Of a stretch of DNA of 64,000 nt, positions 1 through 14,311 are shown piece after piece. Where the stretch lies: NCBI GenBank assembly GCA_951406725.2, contig OX597817.1, positions 128,092,001-128,156,000 on the forward strand, given 5' to 3'. Every line of letters starts with the position of its first letter. Positions within the stretch are counted from its first letter, which is position 1. The stretch comes from Octopus vulgaris (lineage: Eukaryota). The notes under the pieces are model-generated. The model had not been told where the DNA came from. It was given only the letters and a program-made list of their open reading frames with translations, and made no database searches. Both the position numbers and the translations under genes were made by a program.

Positions 1-206
1 ATATTTGGAATTTTTATATCCGTTTATATATATTATATATTTGATTTTGAGTGTGGTTATTAATTATGTTTCTCTTGTTTCCGCTTGGATTGCCTCCATT
101 CTGATTATTAAGCGGATTATAGCTCACTTGGAGCACTACAACTCCAGTTTGTATTTTATTTGTGAGTATTGTTAACATTAGCAATCTCAAAATAAAACAG
201 TGTAAC

Positions 207-248
207 ATATATATACACACACACACACATATATATATACATGCATAC

Positions 249-313
<65 letters not shown>

Positions 314-327
314 GTATAAATATATAT

Positions 328-379
<52 letters not shown>

Positions 380-436
380 ATACAAATATATATATATATA
401 TATATCTATACATATACATATATATATATATATATA

Positions 437-480
<44 letters not shown>

Positions 481-500
481 CATACATATATGCATACGTA
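207..500. repeat. (TA)n microsatellite, representative of dozens of (TA), (CA), (GA), (GATA), (CATA), (AAT) and (TAG) tracts across the window
   Basis: Directly visible; these tracts produce the [12 protein letters not shown] pseudo-ORFs. Confidence 0.99.
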
Positions 501-1130
501 TATGTACATACTTACATCTACATGGACACGGGACGTCATGAAATGTGTACAGCAAAAAAGTACGAAGCACTAATAAATGGAACATCAACTATTCCTTCGA
601 ACAACGAAAGGCGCAAATGGAAAACAAAACAAGCGTAATGAATGACCCTCCATCTGTTATTAGCTGTTTCTCTAGTCTCGTATTTCGAGCATTTAACAAC
701 AATATACGCTGTCGATAAAAGAGTTGCTCCCGAAAAGCAAATTAAATAAAATTTGAGTTTTGCGGAGGGTCAAAATAGGTAACACAACCAGGACAGTGAA
801 AACAAACAGAAAGGGCTGTTGTGGCGAACGCGTAAATCAAGCTAGGATAGGAGGTTTCTGTCTAGGTACAAAAATTTCAACTATATGTACTCCAACCAAT
901 ATAACTATTTTCATTAGAAAATTCCACACCTGAATGGATGAAACCGCTTATGTGTAAGTGAAAAAGCTCTAATATGTTTAACATAATATTACATGTTTTC
1001 GTCTCTAATCTGTCTAAAGCGATTACAATAATTCTCTTAACGTTACTGTGCATTTTCACTTGTTTTACATATCACAGCATATATAGAAATCTCTAACTAC
1101 CGTTTACTAAATGCATATTCATAGATAGAT

Positions 1131-1284
<154 letters not shown>

Positions 1285-1309
1285 TAGACAGATACATAGA
1301 TTTTTTTTG

Positions 1310-1601
1310 TTCCTTCTCGAGCCATGCCTTGCTCATAAATGCCGCTTTCCCGGTTTCTTGGCGTATAGGTTCCCCACCTAGACTGGACGCCGGTCCGCCG
1401 CAGATAAGCTGCGAGATGCAAGAGGAAGGAGTGAGAGAAAGTTGTTGCGAAAGAGTCAGCAGAAGTTTGCCATTAACTTCTGCCGGAGCCGCGTGGAGTT
1501 TGGGTGTTTTCCCTCATAAACGCACACATTGCTCGGTCTGAGATCCCGTGATCCCTCGACCGCGAGTCCGCTTCCCTAACCACTAGGCCATGTGCCTCCA
1601 C

Positions 1602-1602
<1 letters not shown>
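1310..1602 (-). mobile_element. tRNA-derived SINE, second family. Related copies at ~5340-5732(-), 32104-32290(+), 40362-40695(+)
   Basis: Head ggaggcacatggcctagtggttaggg (A box); shared body agaggaaggagtgagagaaagttgttgcgaaagag. Confidence 0.7.
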
Positions 1603-1678
<76 letters not shown>

Positions 1679-1993
1679 GCGTTTATTTATCCGTCTAAGT
1701 ATAAAGTAAGACTAAATTTTGCTTCGAGGTTGTTGTTCTATGACGTACATCTGTATCAATCCTAATCATGGTTTTGTATAACCAATATATCTACAAAAAT
1801 GTATTCTATCGTTGTTGTATTCCATAGCTAAATAGATGCTAAATTTAGATCATTTACTAGTGTCATGCATTCAGAAACCTTATCCAACCATATTTCTCAT
1901 TAAATTAAATAATCGTGGATCTTTTTCAATTTTCCTTCAAGTATTTGTAAATGTAGTTTCCATAATAATTTTTATCCCCAAGAATCTCATATA

Positions 1994-2393
1994 TCTTCAT
2001 ATATAAAAGTGAAGTTGTGTGAGTGTCTGTCTCCTACGATTTAGATTCCTAACTACTCCCACATTTTGCGGTGCAGTGTAACCAAAACCGGGTATCTTAT
2101 AGTCGTGATTCATATCGAGCCCTTCTGGGTATTAGCGCGCGTCTACGATGAGTCTACGATTTTAAAAAAATTTACCATCATTTTCTTCCATTTTGATGCA
2201 TTTTTTGGTTATTATATAAGGGAAGTAACTCTCTAAAAATGTCTACGATGAGTCAACGATTCTTTAAAAAAATTACCATCATTTTTTTTCCATTTTTAAT
2301 GCATTTTTTGCTATTTTTTGGCTATAACTCTCTAATAATGCGTATATAGTTATTTCCCTTAGAAACCCGAGCAACGCCGGGCGATACTGCTAG
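1994..2393 (+). mobile_element. Non-autonomous Helitron
   Basis: 5' A|TC...ATATATAAAA, 3' hairpin CCCGAGCAACGCCGGG then CTAG|T. Internal ~100-bp tandem duplication (gtctacgatgagtc...). Confidence 0.75.
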
Positions 2394-3412
2394 TATATGA
2401 TATTTATTAAACCCACATATCCTATCATATGTGTGTATACAGTATTTATGTATTTTTAGGAAAACTGTTTCATTGTAAAAGTTTTGTTAAAGGATTACCG
2501 CCCTTGAAAGTTTTGTGTTATGTTTTAAAGGATTACCGCCCTTGGAACTATGTGTTTCTATTGTTTGCAAACATGCAAAATGTTTGAACTCAGTATCTCA
2601 AAGTAAGAAAGCACTAACGAAAATTTATGTATTAGTAAATATTTTGCTAAATCTACATATTTTTTTTCTTAGAAGCCAAAGTACAGTTTATATCATCAAA
2701 TTGAATTAGTGAATAAAGCAGAATAATCAAATATCTTTAATGTATAACATCACGCGATCTTATCTTTAAATAATATAATAAGCTTACTAAACAAAAGAGG
2801 TAGCTGGAATAAATCTTTATGCAAATGAATCAATACAGATTGATCAATGGAGCTAGCCATACTTTTTGTTTATGTGAATTTTTATTATAGCAACCAACTA
2901 AAGAAATTTCACAGATATGAAATAAAATATTCATCATATGTAAGCATTTTCATTTTGCCCATTTGGGTTTGATACATTTCTTTACAGTTTTGGTTCTGTT
3001 TCAACTATTAACAGATTTTCTGCACTTATGCTGGGCGACTGTCAGTTGAGTTGTATAACAAATATTCGTAAATTATCTTTTGTTTTTGGTTGTGTTAACG
3101 ATACTTATTTCAAATCTGATGCAAAGTGCATTGAAAACCTAACTAAAAACAGTTACCTTGGCAAGATTACATCAATATTAATCCTTTTTATTTTCATGTT
3201 TTTATTTGTTTCGGTCATTAGGCTGCCGTCATGCTGGGGCACTGTCTTCAATAATGTTTAGTCAATGAATCGACTAAAGTGCCTATTTCAAGCCTGGTAC
3301 TTAATCTATCACTCACTTTGCTGAACTAAGTTACGGACACGTAAACAAACCAACAACGGCAGTCAAGTAGTGGTAGGAGACAAATACAGACACCAAGACA
3401 AACACACACAGA

Positions 3413-3454
<42 letters not shown>

Positions 3455-3960
3455 GGCCATGCATTGGTGCATTGGGATTGAACCTGAACCTGAAACCATA
3501 AACTTGTTATCACACAGTCACGCTTACGCTTTTTCTAATGTTATTTTACTTACCTGAATAACCACGGGAAATAATTTTCGAAATGTTTCGGTATCACCGT
3601 TAGCTTGTCAAAAGTACTGGATTGATATAATAGATGTAAACGTCGAGCAAAATTCATAGTAATATTTCTACCGGCTCTTTGCATTCTAACTTTTAAACAC
3701 TGCCGAAGCCAATTGAGTTTGACATTTTTTTTTTTTAATCGGAAGAAACAAAGACACCAATTGAGTACTGGAGTCGATGGTAATGATTAACCACCTTTCC
3801 CACACTTCAAGCATTGCGTTTTTGCTGGAAATAATTATCATAAGCTCATCAACTAAGTATAGACTTCACTATACTTGCCGGAGTAAAGGTACCTAAGTAA
3901 ATGTAAAAACAGTACATAGGTTACATTAGAGAAATGGGTTTGCTTAAAGCAATTATGTGC

Positions 3961-4165
3961 AGGCAGAAACGTTAGCACGCCGGGCAAAATGCTCTGCGGT
4001 ATTTCGTCTGTTGTTACGTTCTGAGTTCAAATTCCGCCGAGGTCAACATTGACTTTCATCCTTTCGAGGTCGATAAATTAAGTACCAGTGTAATTAAGTA
4101 CCTAGTCAATTACATTGACTAGTCCTCTCCCCTAAAATTTCAGTTCTTGTGCCTTAGTAGAAAGG

Positions 4166-4168
<3 letters not shown>
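3961..4168 (+). mobile_element. tRNA-derived SINE, same family as 50979. Further copies at ~4300, 31560(-), 40130(-), 40915, 41760, 41938, 54080, 55355, 60670, 60830, 61470
   Basis: A-box ggcagaaacgttagc, B-box gagttcaaattcc, shared core. Confidence 0.8.
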
Positions 4169-4227
<59 letters not shown>

Positions 4228-4230
4228 GAA

Positions 4231-4302
<72 letters not shown>

Positions 4303-6368
4303 GACGACGAACTGGCATACTTCGAGGCGTTTCGTCTGTCTTTACGTTCTCAGTCTAAATTCCGGGGTCGATGAAATAAGTACCAGTTGAGCTCTAGTGT
4401 TAATGTAAACACTATCCCCTTCCCCCAATATTTGAGGCATTTCGCCTGTGGTAGAAAGCTTTATTTCTGGTTCTTAGTGAAAATATATTTACGTAAAGTT
4501 AGGTGAACTCTATTCACAATTTGTTAAGCCTTTCAGAAATGTCCCTGGGTTATATCGTCGTGTAGATTGCCCTGCACCGCCTTGCAAGAACACTAACTAT
4601 TCCTTGTATAGTCATTCTCCAGCAATGTTAAGTTTTACTTTCGGAAACCCAGAATCCTACTTAGTAATTACTTTTCTTTTTAATTCTAGTATCACGTACA
4701 AATTTCTCAATGTACTCTTTTCTCCAAAATCGTTAAACCCTCCTTTATTAAAACCCAAATACATGCGCATTTTTTAATGTTACCCATTTTAAAATTGTCT
4801 TTTAGGGCAACCAGATTCACGTAGGATTTTCTCTTATGATATCCTGCTATGAATACTATTTTCAAAGCCCAGAATCTGCGAGTATTTCTAATGCTTTCTA
4901 AACTACTGTAAATAGTTATTTCAAATAAAGCAATATACAATTATGCTACTCCTTTCTTGTCAATCTTTACAGTATTTTACTATAATATAAGGAAATATTT
5001 CTTTAGAATATACGAACAGATCCAAGCACGATTATCATCAGGACGACAACGACCACCACTACCATCATCATCATTATTATCATCAACAATATTCTTACTC
5101 GTGTTATTATTATTATTGCTGTTGTTGATAGTTGTGGTGGTGGTAGTGGTGTTGCTGTTGATCTGGCTGTTGCTTCTTCTTCTTCTTCTTCTCCCCTTCT
5201 TCTTCTTCTTCTTCTTCTTCTTCTTCTTCTTCTCCTCTTCTTCTTCTTCTTCTTCTTCTTCCAATCAGGACTCATGCCATTAGCCACAAAGAATAATCTC
5301 TAATTCGAGCCTACTCTAAGCTACTAAGAATGCCTGTGGCAACTTGAAGATCCACCCACCACACGCGATAGACTGGCGGTTGCACGGGCGCGAAAGCTAC
5401 GTTATTATCCTAATTTCGTAAACGGCGGCTTTTAACGGGGAGAGAGCTGAACCAAACTGGAGTACAGAGGATTCGCAATCTAGACTAGGGTCTGAATGTT
5501 TACCACACCGTACTGGGTTACTCTGCTTTGTTGCAGAAGTAGGAAGAAAGAGTGAGAGAAAATTGTTGTGAAAGAGTACAGCGGGGTTCACCCACCCAAC
5601 CCCCCGCCGGAGCCTCGTGTAGCTTAGGTGTTTTTGCTCAATAAACACTTGCAATGCCCGGTCTGGGAATCGAAACCGCGTTCTTTTGACCACGCGTCCG
5701 CTGCCCTAACCACTGGGCCATTGCCCCTCCACTCTTGCTGTTGCTGCTGTTATCGGTTGTAATGATGATGATGATGGTGATGATGATGATGTGCTGTTTT
5801 AATAAATATTCAGTCGAAAAGAGTGTAGTACGTCTATTTGATAATTAGGAACAGAATTGAGCGCGTATGATAATGGAGAGACGTGTGCGATTGGAGGATG
5901 GCGAGGAGAAGGAGGATGGGGAAGAGGAGGGGGAGGAGTCCCACTATGTGCAAGTGAGTGAAGTTAATGACAGCAAAGTTATTCCTGTTTTAACATGGCT
6001 CTCTGTTACTGGCAATTTTCCTTTTAATTCCTCAGACAATTTTTTTCCCCATTTTCTATTCTCTCTGTCGCGAAACACTTCTAAAGTTATTTGTGCATAT
6101 ATGTCTGCATGTATATGCATGCGTGTGCTTGTGTGTCTGAGTAATTTTCTTTCTGTTTTTTTTTTTTTTTTTTGTAAGTCTATAATGTTGTTCTTCTCTG
6201 TGTTGTTTTACTTAAGTTTTCTTGAAGTTTGAATTTGTTTCATTGTTTTTCCACCACGTCTGTTTTGCCTTGATTGTATATTCAAAATGTGTAATTATTT
6301 TTCTTTGCTCACTCCCGCACACACGACACTCACCGACACTTATATAAACGTATGTATTTATGAGTATG

Positions 6369-6511
<143 letters not shown>

Positions 6512-6546
6512 ACGTATGCATATATATGTATATGCATATGTAGATG

Positions 6547-6578
<32 letters not shown>

Positions 6579-6873
6579 TGTATGTATGTATATATCTCGA
6601 CGTGTCTCACAGAAGAAGTATAATCGAATAGTTCTACCTTTGGCTTTGCTAAAGTAAAGATTTTCCTATTGCTGTGTGTAGAACAAAAAACAAACGTAAC
6701 ACTTGCTCACATCAAACGAACGCCAAGTTTATCTTGATCAGTGCAAGATCAGCACAATTTAATCTAGTTCTCACTGTTCTTCTTTCCTCTCTCTCTCTCT
6801 CTCTCTAATCCTCTCTCTCCCTCTATCTCTTTTTCTCACTCTTCTCTTTCTCTCTATCTCTATCTATCTCTCT

Positions 6874-6935
<62 letters not shown>

Positions 6936-7002
6936 GTTCGTACCCGTTTCTCTCTTAATTCTTAGCACAGATTGCATTCTCTCTCATTTTTTCTCTTTCC
7001 GT

Positions 7003-7111
<109 letters not shown>

Positions 7112-7203
7112 CAATTTTAACGCCATATTTTTCTCTGCGAATTCACTTTCTATCCATCCATCTTTGTCGGCCTCGTACAAATGTACATTTAACAATACTC
7201 ACA

Positions 7204-7295
<92 letters not shown>

Positions 7296-7753
7296 TATCG
7301 ATATATATATATATCTATATATATGTATGTATGTATATATATATATATACATCTGTATATGTGTGTGTATGTATATGTATATTTATTTTGATGAATGTTT
7401 TCTTTTCCTTTCTTCACATGATATGTATGTGTGCTTGTGAGTCTGTATCACAGACAGACAAACGGAGAGACTGCGATATACATCTTTTTCTCATGGGTTA
7501 CTTTTTGTTTCTCTTTTGCTATACTTCACTATTTACATCTCTAAGTACAACTTTTTCGGCGGATGAGAGAAAACCTATAGCCAAAGAAGTTGCTGACGAT
7601 CTGCTTTGGTTCCAATTTCTCCATAGCAGGTTTACTGGATGCTAAAATATACTAACTAGCAAGTCAGAAGGCTAGAAAGAAGAACAAATTCACAAAGCAT
7701 CTAATCCGGTGCTATATATTTATGTGTCTATGTTCATATATGTGTATGTATGT

Positions 7754-7810
<57 letters not shown>

Positions 7811-8568
7811 AACAACTTATAAACAAGGGCAAAAGAAAAATTTATTTCCATGCCAATATGCTGATAACAGACTTTCCAATTGTTTATAAGTTGTTAATAA
7901 TTTTAATATGCTGCCACATTTTGATGAAATTTTTTTTCTGAAAAAAATTTCATCCTATATTAGTATATATATATAATTGATGTATGTGTGTTTGTTCTCT
8001 TCTGTTTTTGATTATTTGAAGTCATCCTGTAAGTAAGGAGCTAGTTTCTGACAGAAATATAAATCTCCATCATTGGAATGTAGATAACAAATCCGAATTT
8101 ACATTTTGAACTTGAGAAAAGGCTTGTATATTATTACTGTTCCACTTAAAGATTTTATCTGTAATGTTTGAGTTAACTGGTTGATTTCTTTTTCCTGGAA
8201 ACCCTAGCTTTGCCAGTTTGTCTCAAAGACATTTACTCCCAAAACCAAGTACAACAAGTACTTTCGATATACAGATGTGAATTTATAATTTGGGTATAAA
8301 ATCTGCAAGTTTCTAAGCAGCTGTCCGTATCTACCCTATTTCTCTCTCATTTTCAAATCAGCAGGATAGCCGATCTCTATGACGGTACATACTTTTTCTT
8401 GTTTGTTCCTATCATTGATATTTTTCAGTGTTTAACACACTTCAACAATGTAAAAGAATTTTTTTAAATACCATAATAAAAAAAACATGAAAGCCAGACT
8501 ATATTTTAACTTTATTCAACTAATATAGTAATCTATATACATTTACACAAATTCGGAATATATATATT

Positions 8569-8599
<31 letters not shown>

Positions 8600-8827
8600 A
8601 CGTATGTATAATTGTGTGTGTATTCGTGTGTAGGTGCATGCACGGTGAAGGTGCTCTTCAATCACGCACACTATGTATAAACTTTGTATAACTGTATAAT
8701 ATACAAATATATGTATGCATAGTATATAAACATATATAGAGAGGTATACATATGAATACACATGTCTATATGCATATACATAAGCATATACACGTATATA
8801 TGTACATGTACATCTATATATATATAT

Positions 8828-8906
<79 letters not shown>

Positions 8907-8989
8907 TACATTTGTGAGAGTGTGTGTATTACCTCCATTTATATGTTTGTGGATATATTTATGCGAGTATATATGTCCACATATTATAA

Positions 8990-10670
8990 GCAATCAGCAT
9001 CATCTGCTGTCCTCTCTCCTCTTCTTAATCTATTGAAATTTGGGCCATCACTCCGTAATTTAGAGGCGTTGTGTCGGCAGCTTATATGAACTAATATGCA
9101 GGAAATTTGCAATAATATTCTCGGACACCTTCACCATCATATCGGACAATTAAACACTCGAAAGTGAGCAACCATAATCCATGGGATTGCGAGGCGGTGA
9201 GAGCAGCTAAAATCAATCAAGGAAACTCAGTGTGCTTGCAACTCGGCACCTCGTAATGAAGGTCCATGTCGTCCAAGAGCGTCGCTGAGCTCTGGATAGA
9301 CGGGCCGAATAAATTGCTCGGAATTTGGCTTCTATCAAAACTCCAGATGAAGAAGGGCTGGTTCGAGGTGACGAGCAAGGTGATTAGCCCTCACCCAAAA
9401 GTAGATTACGAGATAGTTTTTTTTCCGGAAGGGCCTACCTGAGGTGTTGAACGCTTGCATCGCATCTGATATATATTACTTACTGTCTGACCATCTTGTA
9501 TTGACCCAGTTCACGTCTTACAGGTATGGGGCGCATGTCTTGCACCTGTCTTCCATTTTCTGTGGAAAGAGACGCGTTATTCTAGTCATGAACTGGGTCA
9601 ATACAAGATGGTCAGACAGTAAGTAATATATATCAGATGCGATGCAAGCGTTCAACACCTCAGCATCCGTTGAATGGTGAATTACGCATACTGTGGCTTG
9701 TGATGCACTCACAGGTGCTGAGAGTACGAAATCTCCAAAATTTCTTTGATTGTGAACTTAAGTGGTCACCATGTGCCTGAAAAGATTTTCAACATCTCGT
9801 CTCTTGGGCAGTGTTACATATTTTTCATCTTACAAAGACCAAGGCGGGGCATCTGGAATGTCTTCAAACTCTCACAGCCTTCAACTTGTGCAATGCAGTT
9901 GGTGGGCGATTGATGACTATCTCTGAATGACCCTGAACATTGACAAATTCATCTGGCCGGTCTCTTGCGGAGGACTTTCGGACAGAACTCTTGGATGATT
10001 TCCAAAATTACCTGGCCTAAAAATGCTAACGAGGGATAGGGCATTGCCGATCTGCATAACCTCTACAAATGATGAAGTTGTGTCTGACTGAGATGTACAC
10101 AGAACACACAATCGTCCGTTGCGGACTTGTGTAGCTATGCCGAACATTGTCTGTTGTACGTAAGATAGATCGCCTTCTGTTGATCGAGTAATGGACAGTT
10201 TTTATTCGTCTGTGGCTTAGGTGAAAGTGTTGTGTGGTAGATGATATTGAATGGGATGAAGACAGACACTTCCTCTTTGGCTAAACTCTTATCACCTTTT
10301 TGCGTTTCAGTTGTGAAAGAAGTAATGATCGAGAGAGAAAGTGCTCTCTCGACCCTCAGTTTTTGAAATGCGGATGAGAAGTGCAAGCATTATCTGGATG
10401 GTTGGGCCACCTCTAAGTATTCGCTTGTAGATTGAGGGAAGACAATAGCGAGAAGCCACTTACACCAGAACGACCGTGATTTTGTGGAGTTTTCACAAGC
10501 AACCTCGGTACTTTCCCCGCTCCTTTTGAGAAATTATTTCCTGTTTCACATTTATGTTTCTTTGTTTCTATTAACTTGATGTTTACACGCTTTTATGTAA
10601 CCGCACATTGTATTATCTTGTATCGTCCCAAACTTTTCGAGAACCCTTATTTCGTTAATAAAGAAAACAT
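8990..10670 (+). mobile_element. Decayed Tx1/L1-clade LINE: RT C-terminal half and 3' UTR
   Basis: Broken frames give CPLS.LL, AKINQGNSVCLQLGT, LWIDGPNKLLGIW..KKGWFEVTSKV, EVLNACIASDIYY, QHPLNGELRILWLVMHSQVLR, FQNYLA*KC*RG and SVADLCSYAEH. This is the motif order of Tx1/L1 ORF2. AATAAA near 10657. Confidence 0.7.
9439..9663. repeat. Perfect inverted repeat: 75-bp arms (9439-9513 / 9589-9663) with a 75-bp spacer
   Basis: The arms are exact reverse complements when read base by base. Confidence 0.95.
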
Positions 10671-11219
10671 CACCTTAATCCTCAACCTTATAATCATTAT
10701 CATTATTACTGTACATGTACAGTCATTTAGTGTCTTGCTAGGATATAATTTCAGGTTTGTGCAAAAAGTATCTAAGGGTAGAAATTCCATTTTCTATATA
10801 TTAATGCAAAAGTATAAATGTCAAATTGAAAATAAAAATACTTCTTTAAGTTTATTTTTAAGAAATTTATTTTTCCAAAACATTCTTCTGAAGTATCATA
10901 TCGCATAGCTCTATATAATTCGTTATATGAGCGAACTATGGGTTATATGTAAAAAAAAGGAAATTAATTTCACAAAAAAAAATAACTTAATATGAAAATA
11001 TTTTCTTTTAAAAGATGTTTACTTGCAACAAATACCCAGTTTATCTCAAATAGTGACAGCGATAATAGTAAGTTTAACACATTTGGTCTGTCTCTGTCAG
11101 TCAGTACTGGTGACTTCAGGAAATAGATATAAAGGTTATAAGTATAAAATGCATTCAACATTTTTACTAGTTTCGTCTGTCGAAGAGACCTTAACCTTAA
11201 CCTTTCACTGGCGTTATGA

Positions 11220-11790
11220 TGTTAAAATCGACGCAGTTAACTTCCATTCGCAAAAGTTGAAAGTCGACGGTTGGAGTAATTACCTTGTCGAAAGGACATT
11301 CCACATGACCAATTTTCTGTGAATGAAGGCCTGGGTTGATGGCTAGTGCTGTTGTTCACAAAATGGGTAACAAGAGGAGAATAGATTACTAAACCTGGAT
11401 TGCGTGAGTGACGGTGACATGACACCAACAGATTCCAGGTAGCCGAGTCCACTGCAGGGAAGAAGTTAGTGATAGATGTGTGCCAGGGGCTTGCGTGCGC
11501 TGATTTGCGTCTTTACGCCGATCAACTTAGTGGATTTTTTGTAACCAGTCGAAGACGTATGTGTGTGGGTACAAGTAGCACCATCACAGATGGGAATACT
11601 ATACAGTTGTGGTTTCATACGAGTTTTGTAGATGGTTAGTTGTTGTGGTTGTTGAAATATTTCCGGGCTCTGAAAAGGCGAGAGTTTTCTTCGTGAGGTC
11701 TTTTTGGCTATGCGAATTGATGATATCCGTTCGCCAAGAGAGATCCCGAGTCACTGCAATCAGTTTGAAGGTTGTCGTCATGTTTGGTGT
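11220..11790 (-). mobile_element. Decayed CR1/L2-type LINE 3' fragment
   Basis: Frameshifted peptides RDLSW, IAKKTSR.KL and QQLTIYKTRMKPQL..ICDGA resemble the post-RT region 'DLSW..HI..IAK.AS..L..QLLTIYK..IRP.LEYCSHIWDGA'. Confidence 0.55.
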
Positions 11791-13197
11791 TGGATTTTAC
11801 GTTCTTTATAATGTTACTACATTTGATAGCAATTTCCTGAACACTGCTTCGAGAAAGTCCACATTTAAAGAATCGCCACTGGATGGTGCATTGTCCAAAT
11901 TAATAATAAAATATTTTTTATTAACTGCTTCTAAAATCGCTGCAGATGTTCAGTCACAAATTACAGTAAATATCCAAACAATAATTCACTGTGGTTGTTT
12001 TGAATTTCCTTGATTTTGGATATTTCGTGTAATGACAGCAGTTTGTTTTATCGACTTGAATATAAGGGCGTCATATTGATATAAAATTACTTCAAAATGC
12101 ATTGAAGTAACGACCGTATATGTAGATAAACAATCAGTAGCATAAAATACATTCAAATAGTGACCTCATGTATTGTTATAATAGTTTGTGTTTCAATTAG
12201 TGGTTCAAGATACATTCAAGTACTGACCTTATATATAGATATAATATTTAGCAGTGCAAAATACTTTCAAATATTGGCCTCATATGCGCAGAATATTTTC
12301 TTCTTTTGTTCTCAGTTGATAACATTTTGCTTAATGTTGGATGAAATATGTCTGCCGATTATGTTAACAGAATGAGAGATGGGATGTATGAACATCCAAC
12401 TTATCTTCTTTGCTTTGTTTCTTTTATAGTAGTTTGTTTGATTTTATTTTCAGTCGTACTGTTTTTAATCGATCGAAAGCCAAAATGCTATTCAATCGAT
12501 ACTATTGCAACATAAATAGATAATTCTTTCTCAACTGTTATTATTTTTGAATAGCATATAGAGACCTAGAATTATCCCGTTATGGAATCTAAGTTTCTGT
12601 CCATCCTCACTTAAATAATAATATATATTGATCAAACAGCCATTACGAATTTCGTAAACGAGTGTATACATTCGATAGAACTCACCCAAGTAAATTAATG
12701 GTACTTATCCGAATCAGCTAAAGAAAATCGACTCAGTCACCCAACATCTTTGAAATAGCAACCAGATTTCTACCAAACCATACTCTACCGTCTCAAAAAC
12801 AGGGTTGAAAAAAACATTACCTAATTTAGTTCTAGATATACTCTATCAGGAAACAATGGAATGAGTCCGACTGGAATGACTTGATCACCGTAAATCTGCC
12901 CGTTCAGAGCAGTCCTTGAACAAAACAACAATAACCTGTGCTTTTATCATCCATTGAAGCTAAAAGGCAAGGTTGATTCTAATGAAATTTGAACTCAGAT
13001 ACGTATAGATTTCTCTTCAAAATGCACAATAATTATTCTTTTGTCTTTCTCCAACTGAGGGTGGAAGTAATCAACTGAAGACTTACAGCATGTTTATATG
13101 TTTAGCGTGCCTCAGCGGGGTGAAAAGTACAGATCATATCACATGAATTTGAATTTATAATATATAGTAGTAGGGGAAAATACTGCAGTGTTTTTAA

Positions 13198-14311
13198 CAC
13201 TAGGACCGAGTGCGTCAATTGACGCATTTTGAAATCTTAATTGCACACTATTCAAAATCTATTGTAGATTTTGACATTATGGTGCTTGACGTTTCATAGA
13301 TTTATGATATCTATATATACTATGGATTGTAGGTTGTTTGCACCAACTTAAAAAAAAAACACATACTACCTAAAGGACCACACGCATCAGTTGATTCATT
13401 GGTAAATTTCGAAACTTGCACCTGCATTTGTTTATAAATGCATGAGACAACGTTTTAGATATTCAGTAATTGGATAGCCTTTACAGCTCGCAAAACGAAA
13501 CTGCAGTTTAGTCGGAACAATTCGTCAGAACAGAAGGGAATTACCAGAAGCAGTAAAACAGGGGAAACCAGTCTATGAAACTGATTTTGAAATCCACAAA
13601 AGCCAACTGTCACTCATCACATCAGTGCAAAACATCAAAGTATGTTGTTGTTTTGTGTACCTTACATCAGCATGTAGAAGTTCCTTCTGAAAATAACCCC
13701 AGGAAGAAGCCTGACATCATACATTTTATAACAAAAATAAGGTAGACGTAGAGTGCTTGACTAAATGGCAAGTCTTTATTCAGTCAAAGTAAGCAGTGGA
13801 CGATGGCCAATGCACGATTTTTATAATATTTTAGATGTTGCTCTTATAGACAACCGGGTAATATACACAACTGTTTGCAACTCAGTCAACGGGAATATAT
13901 TCAAAAATTGCTGAAGAATTTTGTGGTGATTCATCTCACGGTAGTTCGTATACTATCTAACGCCCTATTGAGGAAACATCTACCTCTAGAAATAAAGTGA
14001 GATGCTGAAATAAAGTGAGATGCTGAAAGAGAATCACAGAAATGTATGAAGTCTGTAAAAACCTGCGTTGAAAATGTGCGCTAAAACATTGCAAGGAATG
14101 TTTAGAATTTCAATAAATTCCTTTTTATTTTGTAACTGTTGCGACTAACATCATCGTGAAGCCAGAAAATTCAATAGATTCACACATTAATGATGATTTT
14201 ATACTTCTTTTCTATTCTTTTTTTTTTATCCTTTCAAGTTGAAAAGCATCTTTGCGTCAATTGACGCATGCTGGTCCTTAAATGGAGGTGAAAAGTCCGG
14301 TCCTTCTAGTG
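13198..14311 (+). mobile_element. Internally deleted piggyBac DNA transposon with CACTAG ends
   Basis: TTAA on both sides (13194-97, 14312-15); TIRs CACTAG..GACCG. Transposase remnants GTIRQNRRELP, KKPDIITFYNKNK and SVKVSSGRWPMHDFYNILDVALID. Confidence 0.85.

Noticed and set aside
14-638. Long [20 protein letters not shown] ORFs here and throughout
   Set aside because: Translations of microsatellites that lack stop codons in some frames.
4530-4660. Possible exon-like frame NVPGLYRRVDCPAPPCKN; similar case at 7545-7645
   Set aside because: Short, no homology recognised, no consistent donor or phase partners.
9917-10386. Minus-strand ORFs with a CxxC..H-like string
   Set aside because: They are antisense to the Tx1/L1 remnant, whose motifs read in order on the + strand.
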